64,000 nucleotides of DNA from Pseudothermotoga sp. Its GTDB lineage: Bacteria; Thermotogota; Thermotogae; Thermotogales; DSM-5069. Made by a program: the position numbers and the translations under genes. The notes under the pieces were generated by a model. It saw nothing but the letters and a program-made list of their open reading frames with translations, was not told the DNA's origin and did no database searches. The stretch is taken from assembly GCA_031962025.1 (NCBI GenBank), contig JAVRKW010000008.1; one strand, given 5' to 3'. This document shows positions 38,483-47,633 of this stretch, one piece after another (position 1 is the first letter of the stretch; the number at the start of each line of letters is the position of its first letter).

Positions 38483-39166
38483 CTAAAAAGAAAGTTTATC
38501 ACTTTTGTACCGCCATTTTTGAGAAATCAGATGTGCAATTCTTGTTGGTTCCGGTAATCTGTAGGATGTACAGCACTTCATGACGATATCGATCGACGAC
38601 TCAAGATCAATCATATGACCGGGTGAAACAAAAACGGGTTTGAATTTGCTGTGAGTCCTGAGAACAGCACCGATGATTTGATCATTATCGTCATACAGAT
38701 ATTCATAATCTCCCTTCTTCAAACCCGGTTCTTTGTATTTGCCGTAAAGATGGGACTTTGCAACACCTATCGTGGGAAGCTCCAGAAAAAGCCCCATGTG
38801 TGCTGCTATACCCATGTGCCTTGGATGAGCAATCCCCTGTCCATCAAACATAACCACATCTGGTTTTGACCGCAGTTTCTCCCATGCCTTGAGAAAAGCA
38901 GGACCTTCTCTGAAGGCAAGCAGTCCGGGGATATATGGAAATGAAATTTGAGAACTTTCTGTGACGTATTCGACCATCTGCATCGATCTGATATCCATTA
39001 CCACTATAACTGCATATCCCTGATCAACTCTGGGAAAAGACAGATCCACACCGGCTATTAGCTCTGCGTTTTTCAGCGGTAATTGTTTGAGTAACTGTCT
39101 CAACCTCAACTGTTCTTGCTTAGCCTGTTGCGGTGTCAGATCCCATGAATGAAGTTGTCTCATCAC
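38483..39166 (-). CDS. nfi: Endonuclease V
   Basis: AGVDLSF, FPYIPGLLAFREGP, FDGQGIAHPR..GIAAH, GVAKS, PEPTRIAH. Confidence 0.96.
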   Translation of the reverse strand: MMRQLHSWDLTPQQAKQEQLRLRQLLKQLPLKNAELIAGVDLSFPRVDQGYAVIVVMDIRSMQMVEYVTESSQISFPYIPGLLAFREGPAFLKAWEKLRSKPDVVMFDGQGIAHPRHMGIAAHMGLFLELPTIGVAKSHLYGKYKEPGLKKGDYEYLYDDNDQIIGAVLRTHSKFKPVFVSPGHMIDLESSIDIVMKCCTSYRLPEPTRIAHLISQKWRYKSDKLSF

Positions 39167-40350
39167 TTGATCACCAGCACAACTGCGTCGTATGGAAACG
39201 ATGGATATATCCTGTTTTCAGACATTTTCTTTATGATAGATAGATACTGTGCAAAGGTGTCCTGATCCGAAGACAGTTTGAAAACAAAATCGTAATCTGG
39301 ATATACTTTTTTTATCAGAGACTTCACTTCTTCCTGATTTGTTCTGTTGAGAATTATAACTGTGTTCCTATTAGAACTTATTCCCACATCTTCCCACACA
39401 ATTTGATTTGGTAAAACACCGGCGTTCTTATTCCACAGGTCCTGAGTGCGCACAAGAAATCCCCTTGATTTGTCAGATGAACAGTTTATCAAAAGAACGC
39501 TCGGTGCTGACTTTTTCTGAGAAATGTTCAAAGAAGAGAGAGTATTTTTATAATCGACAATTCTTTGCGTGTCTACGACCACATCACCATCTTTGTTGAT
39601 CAAATACGGAAAGGACACAAAACCAATACTCATGTTCTTTTTCAAACGCAAGAAAAGATAGATCAACTCACCTATATCCATATTCATGGAAACACTCTTT
39701 CGAACACTCAAGAACATAGATGCGATCTGCAAAACATCAAGACTCCTTGCCTTGTCAGCAAGTTTTATCAAAACCTCTTTTTGTCTCTCTATTCTTGCAA
39801 GATCACCCATTGCCTCTCTACGATACCTTATGTAAGCGAGTAATTGGTCTCCCATCATTTGATAAATCCCGGGTTGAAAGTCGATGTAAAGGTTTTGAAC
39901 GCTATCTGTATACTTCATCGGTTCTTTCACCTGTATTTCTATCGGTCCAAGTCTATCGCCAAGGTATTTGAAAACCTCGTAGTTTATAATCGCATATCCA
40001 TCGATTTCGATGCCCAATAATTGCTTGATCACTTCCTCAAGACCTTTTATACCAGATCTCTCATACAGTGAATTTATCTTGTTTGTGCCGATCAACAAAT
40101 CTCTGGGAATATTGCTTATTAGAACCTTTCCAAGCTGGTGGTCGATTAACACAACCATGATTGCATCTGTCCTGACCGTTTTCTCTATAATGGCATCTGT
40201 TCCCACAACGAGCAAACAATACGGATTTTTTTCAACCTTTTTGTATAGAATCTGCATCAATATTCTGCCCGGCACCAAAAAACCAAGTACGAGCACAAGA
40301 ACAGTAACGGCAACGGTCGAAAGTAGGATAATGAATGTTGACTTTCGCAG
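39163..40350 (-). CDS. LCP (LytR-CpsA-Psr) family protein (probable CTG start at 40350; ORF track extends to 40449)
   Basis: N-terminal TM, LLVVGTD, RTDAIM, SNIPRD, KINSLY, YIRYR, DLARIERQ. Confidence 0.9.
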   Translation of the reverse strand: MRKSTFIILLSTVAVTVLVLVLGFLVPGRILMQILYKKVEKNPYCLLVVGTDAIIEKTVRTDAIMVVLIDHQLGKVLISNIPRDLLIGTNKINSLYERSGIKGLEEVIKQLLGIEIDGYAIINYEVFKYLGDRLGPIEIQVKEPMKYTDSVQNLYIDFQPGIYQMMGDQLLAYIRYRREAMGDLARIERQKEVLIKLADKARSLDVLQIASMFLSVRKSVSMNMDIGELIYLFLRLKKNMSIGFVSFPYLINKDGDVVVDTQRIVDYKNTLSSLNISQKKSAPSVLLINCSSDKSRGFLVRTQDLWNKNAGVLPNQIVWEDVGISSNRNTVIILNRTNQEEVKSLIKKVYPDYDFVFKLSSDQDTFAQYLSIIKKMSENRIYPSFPYDAVVLVIK

Positions 40351-40411
40351 TTTGTGCACCTCCAATGGAATTTTACCATTCAAAGTTGTACAATTTGTAT
40401 ATGGTAGCGGA

Positions 40412-40816
40412 GTGATACAGTTGCTTTTGCTTAAATTGGTCATTTTCACAGTATTGAGCCTGATACTGATAAAAGTTGCAAGAAAATCATTAAAAAGCCA
40501 GAAACCATTGAAATCACAGGTACAAAAAACCTTTCAGGAAAATGGCTGGAGCTGCTCAATGCACACCTACTACGGTAAAAGCTGGATAGCCATTTACAAA
40601 AGATTGCTGCAAAGGCAGGTAGTCCTTGTCAATGAGGACGTGCTCACATTCGACGATCTGAGAAAGGCTGTGATCATTTCACTACTGTCAAATGTGAATC
40701 AGATGAGAATATACTGTTATCAGATCACTCCCCATACCAGGAAAGCAATCCACATGCTCTCAAAATCTCGAAGACTTCATGGAATAAAACTCACCTCACG
40801 GGAGCTTATAAAATGA
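40412..40816 (+). CDS. Hypothetical membrane-anchored protein (3' part of the 268-aa ORF)
   Basis: GTG start, N-terminal hydrophobic helix, stop overlaps the start of the next gene (ATGA). Confidence 0.5.
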   Translation: MIQLLLLKLVIFTVLSLILIKVARKSLKSQKPLKSQVQKTFQENGWSCSMHTYYGKSWIAIYKRLLQRQVVLVNEDVLTFDDLRKAVIISLLSNVNQMRIYCYQITPHTRKAIHMLSKSRRLHGIKLTSRELIK

Positions 40817-41289
40817 CAATAATGGTAATACTGTTAGCGATTGTTCTGATCATCGCACTGTATTTGATCTTCAAAAAAAGACCACCAAAATCATCGGATC
40901 TGAGGAAAAAATGGCAGAATGGTTTCAAAGATGGATGGGCTTTTGAACAGTTTATGGCAGATCTTTTTAACAGCCTTGGATACAGAGCCATCGTGACCAA
41001 GGGATCCCATGATTTTGGAGCCGATCTGATTGTCAAAAACAAAAGGACTACTTATATTTTTCAGGTGAAATACTACAGCAACTCAATATCACCAAAGGCA
41101 CTCGAAGAAGCTCTCATGGCAGCAGCATTGTACGGAATTGATAAAATAGGAATAGTCACCAACGGTGAGATACCTCAGGCTGTAAAAAACTTCGCCGAGC
41201 AGATTTGCAGAAAAACTTTTGTCAAAAAAGTTGCCTTGATAGGTAGACCAGAGATAGAAAAGATGCTAAAAGGAGAAAAACCCATTTGA
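40813..41289 (+). CDS. Membrane-anchored Mrr-like (PD-(D/E)xK) restriction endonuclease
   Basis: N-terminal TM; FEQFMADLF..LGY, D.GADLIV, QVKYY, ..TN motifs of Mrr_cat. Confidence 0.8.
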   Translation: MTIMVILLAIVLIIALYLIFKKRPPKSSDLRKKWQNGFKDGWAFEQFMADLFNSLGYRAIVTKGSHDFGADLIVKNKRTTYIFQVKYYSNSISPKALEEALMAAALYGIDKIGIVTNGEIPQAVKNFAEQICRKTFVKKVALIGRPEIEKMLKGEKPI

Positions 41290-42563
41290 TTAGGAGGGAT
41301 TTAACCGTGAGAGACTACAGGCAGATCCCTATATGGAAGGATGTAACACCACAGGAATGGAATGACTGGCACTGGCAGTTGAGCAACAGAATAATGGATC
41401 TTGAAACACTGCAAAAAGTTGTCAATCTGACCGAACAGGAACGGGAAGGTGTTAAACATTCTCTGAAGTTCTTGAGAATGGCTATAACACCTTACTACGC
41501 GACTTTAATGGACCCAGACAACCCAAAGTGCCCAGTGAGAATGCAGGCTATTCCAACTGCCAAAGAACTGAACATTTCCAGCGAAGAGATGGCTGATCCA
41601 CTACACGAAGATGTCGACTCACCAGTCAAAGGATTAACACACAGATATCCAGATCGAGTGTTATTGCTGGTAACAGATCAATGTTCGATGTATTGCAGAC
41701 ACTGCACCAGAAGAAGATTTGCCGGAGAAACCGACGCACCGCTTCCCGAAGAATATCTGAACAAAGCCATTGAATACATAAAAGATAACAAAAAAATCAG
41801 AGATGTTCTGATCTCAGGAGGAGATCCTTTAACCCTTTCAACTGAAAAACTGGAGAGTATAATTCGCAGAATCAGAGAAATAGATCACGTCGAGATCATA
41901 AGAATAGGTACACGTGTTCCGGTTGTACTGCCGATGAGAGTGACTGAAGAGCTCGTCAATATGTTAAAGAAATATCATCCAATATGGATAAATACACATT
42001 TCAACCACCCAAAGGAATTCACCGAGCAGTCAACCAGAGCTCTTGCAATGCTGGCAGATGCCGGTATCCCGCTTGGCAATCAGAGCGTTTTGCTCAGAGG
42101 AATAAATGATTGTCCGCAAATTATGAAAAAATTGGTACACGAACTGGTGAAAAACCGCGTACGGCCGTATTACATATACCAGTGTGATCTCTCCAGAGGT
42201 CTGTCACATTTTAGAACCACTGTCTCAAAGGGTATAGAGATTATAGAATACCTCAGAGGTCATACGTCGGGTTTTGCCGTGCCAACGTATGTGATCGATG
42301 CACCCGGTGGAGGAGGAAAAATCCCGATTGAACCCCAGTATCTGGTCTCGATGGGTGAAGGAAAAGTCGTGATCAGAAATTACGAGGGAGGTTTCTTTGT
42401 GTACCATGAACCAAGAGATTACAAAAGCGAATGCAGTGAAGATTTCATCGAAGAGGAAAGAAAAAGTCAGGATGGTATTGCTTCGCTGTTAACAGGTAAG
42501 CGCAGGTACTTGATTCCCAAGGAAAGCGACAGAATTCGGAGGTCAAAAAATTGGCAAGAGTGA
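41286..42563 (+). CDS. kamA: Lysine 2,3-aminomutase (radical SAM, KamA family)
   Basis: W.DWHWQL, GLTHRYPDR, CSMYCRHCTRRR, SGGDP, PYYIYQCD, DAPGGGGKIP. Confidence 0.92.
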   Translation: MIRRDLTVRDYRQIPIWKDVTPQEWNDWHWQLSNRIMDLETLQKVVNLTEQEREGVKHSLKFLRMAITPYYATLMDPDNPKCPVRMQAIPTAKELNISSEEMADPLHEDVDSPVKGLTHRYPDRVLLLVTDQCSMYCRHCTRRRFAGETDAPLPEEYLNKAIEYIKDNKKIRDVLISGGDPLTLSTEKLESIIRRIREIDHVEIIRIGTRVPVVLPMRVTEELVNMLKKYHPIWINTHFNHPKEFTEQSTRALAMLADAGIPLGNQSVLLRGINDCPQIMKKLVHELVKNRVRPYYIYQCDLSRGLSHFRTTVSKGIEIIEYLRGHTSGFAVPTYVIDAPGGGGKIPIEPQYLVSMGEGKVVIRNYEGGFFVYHEPRDYKSECSEDFIEEERKSQDGIASLLTGKRRYLIPKESDRIRRSKNWQE

Positions 42564-43438
42564 TTTACGTTGTAGGCAACACGAAAAACGCAGGCAAAAC
42601 AACTGTTGTTAAACATCTATTACGTGAAATGGACAGTGTCTGTGTTACGAGCATTGGCTTTGATGGAGAAGAGACCGATAATATAACTGGCTCACCAAAA
42701 CCCCTGGTGGATTTAAAAGCCGGCGACTTTGTCCTGACCTGTGAGAAGTTTCTCGATGGTTTACACTTTTCAATAATCGAAGCAATCGATGAAAATCCCC
42801 TGGCTGGAACTGTTTTTCTGGCTCAGTCCATACTTTCCACCCATGTGATGATTGCCGGAGCAACACCCAGAGCCATCGAAATCACGGCCAGAAAAAATTG
42901 TTTTGACACGCTCATAGTCGACGGTGCCTTGGATAGACTTGTGCATGCCGGATTCATCGAAGATGCACATATCATTTTTGTTATTGGTGCACAGCAGGGA
43001 GAAATAGAATTTCAAAGATCTGTTGAGCGTGTCCTTGGAGCGATTCAAATACCACTTGCACCGCAGTTTGTGCGGGAAATGTTCAAAGATTGTAACAGCG
43101 TCTGTGGATTGAAAAACAACGCGGTGGAAAAAATCAGTCTATCACTGCTGGATAGTAAAATTTCAGGCAATTACGACTGGGTTTTTGTCCCCGGCGTACT
43201 CACAGAAGAAGTGGTGAGAAAATCTTGCCAGATAAAATTCTGTCTGGCAAACCCTTTTTCTTTCTTCGGAAATCCTTTGAAATTTGATAATATATATACC
43301 GTGAAGAACTTACAGCTTGACAGGGTGTATGTGAACCTTTTCGACAAACCGTGGCTAAAGCAAAAGTTTTTAAAGATTGTGAAATCATTCGGGTATGATG
43401 TATACGATGTACTTTCTGTTGACTCTCAGGAGGGATGA
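42551..43438 (+). CDS. Hypothetical KamA-associated protein with P-loop-like motif
   Basis: GNTKNAGKTT, TSIGFDGE, VDGALDR; overlaps the kamA stop. Confidence 0.65.
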   Translation: MARVIYVVGNTKNAGKTTVVKHLLREMDSVCVTSIGFDGEETDNITGSPKPLVDLKAGDFVLTCEKFLDGLHFSIIEAIDENPLAGTVFLAQSILSTHVMIAGATPRAIEITARKNCFDTLIVDGALDRLVHAGFIEDAHIIFVIGAQQGEIEFQRSVERVLGAIQIPLAPQFVREMFKDCNSVCGLKNNAVEKISLSLLDSKISGNYDWVFVPGVLTEEVVRKSCQIKFCLANPFSFFGNPLKFDNIYTVKNLQLDRVYVNLFDKPWLKQKFLKIVKSFGYDVYDVLSVDSQEG

Positions 43439-43441
43439 AAA

Positions 43442-44542
43442 ATGAAAATCATCGTGGAGGCAAGTGAACTTTCGAATAAGATCTCCATTGTCTCAAAAAC
43501 CGTACCTTCAAAGACGATCAAGCCAATAATGGCATGCATTCTTTTCGATGTCTCGCAAAATGGTACATACTTACATGCTACCGATCTGGAAACCGGTGTC
43601 AAGGCACGTCTTGAATGTGAGCCAGACACCGAGGGAAAATTTGCCGTTGATGCAAAAATCCTCTATGAAATAGTTAAAACTCTGCCAACTGAAGGAAAAA
43701 TTCAGTTGAATCTTTCATCAAACCTGCTGTCTCTTGAGTGCGGACGCAGCAAATTCAGAGTTCCCACCATGGATCCGAGCGAATTTCCAGAAGTATCTTT
43801 ACCATCAGGTGGATACGCATTGAATATAGAAGCCAAAACACTTTCAGAAATGATTGAAAGAGTAATCTTCTGCGCTGCCAAAGATGAATTCATGCGAAAC
43901 CTCAACGGCGTTTTCTGGGAAATTGGAAACGGCTTTCTCAGGTTAGTAGCTTCTGATGGCTTTCGCCTGGCTCTGGCAGAAGAAAGGCTCTCAGCACAGA
44001 GTGAATCAAGTTTCTTGATCTCGCTCAAGAGCATGAAAGAACTTGAGAGCATACTTTCAAACTGCTCTGAAACAACCATAACCATTCAATACGATGGAAA
44101 ACGATTATCTTTGAGCACTCCAAATATAGAAACAGTTATGAGAGTAGTGGAAATAGAATTTCCAGATTACAAAAAAGTCTTACCCAAAGCCTTCAAAAGC
44201 AAGGTAATTCTTCCAAAAAACGATCTGATCGAAGCACTCAGAAGAACAATGGTCATAGCAAAAAGAGGCAGCGAATCAGTTAAGGTCGAAGTGAGCGAGG
44301 ACACATTATCGCTGAGCAGCAGAAGTCCAGATTCCGGTGAAATGAACGAAGAAATTCCGGCCAGAAAAGAAGGCGAAGACATTGTTGCCGCATTTAATCC
44401 TATTTTCCTGATGGAGGCTCTCAGACATATTCACACAGATGAAGTTGAATTCAACTTTGTGGACAGTACAAGTCCATTGCAGGTAAATCCGCTGAATGTG
44501 GAAGGATACCTGTACATAGTGATGCCTATAAGGATAGTTTGA
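43442..44542 (+). CDS. dnaN: DNA polymerase III beta sliding clamp
   Basis: ATDLE, LNGV, VASDGFRLA, FPDYKKV, YIVMPIR. Confidence 0.96.
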   Translation: MKIIVEASELSNKISIVSKTVPSKTIKPIMACILFDVSQNGTYLHATDLETGVKARLECEPDTEGKFAVDAKILYEIVKTLPTEGKIQLNLSSNLLSLECGRSKFRVPTMDPSEFPEVSLPSGGYALNIEAKTLSEMIERVIFCAAKDEFMRNLNGVFWEIGNGFLRLVASDGFRLALAEERLSAQSESSFLISLKSMKELESILSNCSETTITIQYDGKRLSLSTPNIETVMRVVEIEFPDYKKVLPKAFKSKVILPKNDLIEALRRTMVIAKRGSESVKVEVSEDTLSLSSRSPDSGEMNEEIPARKEGEDIVAAFNPIFLMEALRHIHTDEVEFNFVDSTSPLQVNPLNVEGYLYIVMPIRIV

Positions 44543-45381
44543 TCATGAAAATACTCTGTGAAAACGTCAGCAAATCTTTTCGGACCAAAAGAGTTCTTGA
44601 AAACATCAGCTTTCAATCGCAAGAAAACTGCGTAGCAATTCTGGGAGCCAACTCAGCAGGTAAAAGTACTTTGCTGAAAATCTTTGCCACCATTCTCAAG
44701 CCCGACAATGGTTCTATAGAAATCGATCAGATCGATGTGATAAAAAAACCTGCGAAAATCAGACAGATGCTCAGTTTTGTGCCGGAAAATCCTTCATTAT
44801 TGAAGGAATTGAGTCCTGTCGATAACATAAAACATTTTGCCTGTCTGAGAAAACTGTCAGTCGATCCAAAACAGATCATGGAGAAATTCAGCATACCATT
44901 CACGAACAATCCTGTCAGAAACCTTTCTAAGGGCATTCAACAAAGGTTGATGCTCGCCATCTCTTTGATGGCAAAGCCGAAATTGCTGATACTTGATGAA
45001 CCCACAGATGGTCTTGATCGCGAATCAAAACAGCTTTTCTGGAAAATGCTCATTAAGATGAAAGATGAAGGCACGACAATATTGCTTAGTACACACGATG
45101 AAGAAGAAGTACTGGCAGTCGCAAGTTATTTGATCATACTGGATAAAGGCAAGGTTCTTTTCGCCGGACAGGTGCAAAATCTCCCTGTGGGAAAATTCTA
45201 CGCCGTTCAGGTTGAAGGAACTTTCCCACAAAACCATATTCTGTCGAACCTGAATGGAAAAACTGTAGTACTGGCAAAAGACGAAGAATTACCAGAACTG
45301 GTCAATCAGTATAAAATTTTGAATGTTAAGAGCATCGGTCTGAGAGAAATCGTCGAGCTTAAGAATAAACATTTGCTATGA
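44539..45381 (+). CDS. ABC transporter ATP-binding protein (multidrug/CcmA-like)
   Basis: GANSAGKST, LSKG, LLILDEPT, STH. Confidence 0.9.
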   Translation: MIMKILCENVSKSFRTKRVLENISFQSQENCVAILGANSAGKSTLLKIFATILKPDNGSIEIDQIDVIKKPAKIRQMLSFVPENPSLLKELSPVDNIKHFACLRKLSVDPKQIMEKFSIPFTNNPVRNLSKGIQQRLMLAISLMAKPKLLILDEPTDGLDRESKQLFWKMLIKMKDEGTTILLSTHDEEEVLAVASYLIILDKGKVLFAGQVQNLPVGKFYAVQVEGTFPQNHILSNLNGKTVVLAKDEELPELVNQYKILNVKSIGLREIVELKNKHLL

Positions 45382-46090
45382 AATTTTTCGCATTTTGGGA
45401 GATCGGCTGAGTGAAAAAGCTAATTGGGTCTGAATCTTCCACGATGACACCGTCCTCCATGTACAGTATTCTACAAGCCACACTTTTTGCAAAGCTGACC
45501 TCATGAGTTACCACTACCATGGTATGACCTTCTAAGGCGAGTTTTTTCATCACTTGGTTCACTTCCCCAACCAGCGTTGGATCGAGTGCCGAAGTTGGTT
45601 CATCAAAAAGTATGAGATCTGGTTTCATTGCCAGCGCCCGTGCTATAGCCACCCTCTGTTTCTGACCACCCGAAAGTTGCGATGGATAGCTGTGTTCTTT
45701 TTCAGACAATCCAACGATCTTTAGGCATTCTCTGGCTATCTGACAAGCCTGATCTTTCGAGAGCTTTTTAACCTTTATCAAGCCGAGCATGACGTTCTCC
45801 AGAGCAGTCATGTGGCTGAAAAGATTGAAATGCTGAAATACAAAACCAATCTGCGATCTCACCTGCCTGAGGATCGATTGATCATTAACAACCTTTTGAC
45901 CTTTAAAGAAGATCTCACCTCTGTCTGGCGGGATTAAATAATTTATCGTCCTGAGCAGAGTTGATTTGCCAGCACCCGAAGGTCCCATTATGACAACAAT
46001 TTCTCCTTTCTTCACCTCAAAAGAGACACCTCTTAAAACCTGCGTTTTTCCATAACTTTTGTGGACATCAACAACTTGGAGCAAGCTCAT
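45359..46090 (-). CDS. Polar amino-acid ABC transporter ATPase (GlnQ/HisP-like)
   Basis: GPSGAGKST, VFQHFNLF, LSGGQKQRVAIARALAM.P, FDEPTSALDP. Confidence 0.93.
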   Translation of the reverse strand: MSLLQVVDVHKSYGKTQVLRGVSFEVKKGEIVVIMGPSGAGKSTLLRTINYLIPPDRGEIFFKGQKVVNDQSILRQVRSQIGFVFQHFNLFSHMTALENVMLGLIKVKKLSKDQACQIARECLKIVGLSEKEHSYPSQLSGGQKQRVAIARALAMKPDLILFDEPTSALDPTLVGEVNQVMKKLALEGHTMVVVTHEVSFAKSVACRILYMEDGVIVEDSDPISFFTQPISQNAKNFIANVYS

Positions 46091-46806
46091 GGTATGGCAA
46101 GCCTCCTTTCCAACCAGTTGCCAAGCACCGAGAGAATACTGGTAATGCCGACGTAAAAAATCGCTATGGTCAGATAGCTTTCAAAAGAAGCCAGCGTCTG
46201 CGTTCCAACCTGTCTACCAGTCATGGTCAATTCCGCCAGAGCTATGACAGATGCCAATGAACTGTCCTTTACAAGGCTGATAGACTGTCCAACAAGAGCC
46301 GGTAATGAAATTCTGATGGCTTGTGGAAAATGAATATATAAAAACACCTCAAATTTTGTCAAGCCCAAAGAAAAACCAGCCTCAAGTTCTCCTTTATCAA
46401 CTGCATCAAGACCGGAGCGAATAATCTCGGCAAGGTATGCACCCTCAAAAGCTGACAGTCCAAAAACCGCCGCCCAGAATCTATCAAAAGGCAGGATACT
46501 GCCAAGACCATAGTAAGTCAGAAGTATCACAACTAACAGCGGAGTATTCCTGAAAAAGAAAATATAGAGTATGGCAAATTCCCTGAAAATTCCCGAAGAT
46601 CTTCTCATCAATGCAAAAACCATTCCAATCAAAAGCGATATGAGCAGTGAAAAACCACTCAAATTCATGGTTGTAAACAACCCGTGCAGGAACACTGCAC
46701 GGTATTTAAACACAACTGTCCAGTTGAATGGATAAACCTGAGCTATTGAAAAATAAATCGCGAACAAAACGACCCCTGTAATGAGTACCGCATAAACTTT
46801 CTTCAC
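46087..46806 (-). CDS. Polar amino-acid ABC transporter permease
   Basis: FRNTPLLV, AYLAEIIRSG, EAG.SLGL, KDSSLASVI. Confidence 0.92.
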   Translation of the reverse strand: MKKVYAVLITGVVLFAIYFSIAQVYPFNWTVVFKYRAVFLHGLFTTMNLSGFSLLISLLIGMVFALMRRSSGIFREFAILYIFFFRNTPLLVVILLTYYGLGSILPFDRFWAAVFGLSAFEGAYLAEIIRSGLDAVDKGELEAGFSLGLTKFEVFLYIHFPQAIRISLPALVGQSISLVKDSSLASVIALAELTMTGRQVGTQTLASFESYLTIAIFYVGITSILSVLGNWLERRLAIP

Positions 46807-46822
46807 TATCGCACCTCCAAAA

Positions 46823-47581
46823 TCAATCGCCAATGAGCCATTTTTTGTAAAGCTCATCTATCAAACCTGTGGTTTTAGCCCACTGAACAAAGGTATCAAG
46901 CCATCTGAGTGTTTCAAAATCACCTTTTCTCACTGCGATACCCAGATCTTCCAGACTGAGCAATTCCTGAACCATTCCCAGTGTGTCATATTTCTGCGTG
47001 AGAAACTTCACGTAGATCGAATCGTTAACCATGATATCTGCGCGCTTTGACACAACCTGAAAGGCTGCCTCATCCATTGTTGAAAAGGTCAGTATCTTTG
47101 CCTTTGGAAACATCCTTCTTGCCGTGAATTCTCCCGTGGTACCAAGCTGAACAGCTATGGTTATCTGTTTTTGAGAGAGTTCCTGATAAGTCGGTGGTGT
47201 TTTAAAACTGGTTTTGTTATATAATATAGCCTGTCCGACAGTTAAATATGGTATCGAAAAATCCACTTTCAGAGCGCGTTCGGGTGTAATTGTCATACCG
47301 GAAAAGATCATGTCGAATTTCCCAGAAAGAAGAGCCGGTATGATACCATCCCAGTTGACAATGACAAACTCCACTTTAACACCGAGAATTTCCGCCATCT
47401 TGTTAATCAGTTCAACTTCAAGCCCGACGCGCTCACCTTTCTCATTTGTGCCATATAGCGGCATGTAACCCTCGTCCTGACCGATTCTCAAAACACCTCT
47501 TTTTTGAATATCTTCGATCAAAGAAGCAAAACTCAGTACCACGACCAGAACCAAAACCACTGCCACTAAGAACCTTTTCAC
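46823..47581 (-). CDS. Polar amino-acid ABC transporter substrate-binding protein (family 3)
   Basis: Signal peptide, RGVLRIG, G.EVEL, WDGIIPAL.SGKFD, TITPERA.KVDFS.PY, VQLGTTG. Confidence 0.92.
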   Translation of the reverse strand: MKRFLVAVVLVLVVVLSFASLIEDIQKRGVLRIGQDEGYMPLYGTNEKGERVGLEVELINKMAEILGVKVEFVIVNWDGIIPALLSGKFDMIFSGMTITPERALKVDFSIPYLTVGQAILYNKTSFKTPPTYQELSQKQITIAVQLGTTGEFTARRMFPKAKILTFSTMDEAAFQVVSKRADIMVNDSIYVKFLTQKYDTLGMVQELLSLEDLGIAVRKGDFETLRWLDTFVQWAKTTGLIDELYKKWLIGD

Positions 47582-47598
47582 CTCGACCACCTCCATAT

Positions 47599-47633
47599 AA
47601 AAAAACCGGGCTGTTTTTCACAGCCCGGTTTTT
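47599..47633 (-). terminator. Intrinsic terminator/attenuator immediately upstream of the SBP Shine-Dalgarno
   Basis: AAAAACCGGGCTGT-GAAAA-ACAGCCCGGTTTTTTT followed by ATATGGAGG. Confidence 0.85.

Noticed and set aside
40381-40397. TTGTACAA palindrome between divergent LCP and hypothetical genes
   Set aside because: An 8-bp AT-rich palindrome is easily produced by chance and has no supporting context.
40010-40411. 5' part of the 268-aa plus-strand ORF
   Set aside because: Antisense shadow of the LCP gene; only the part from GTG 40412 looks coding.
43300-43442. Replication origin near dnaN
   Set aside because: There is no dnaA and no intergenic DnaA-box cluster; dnaN is embedded in an operon.
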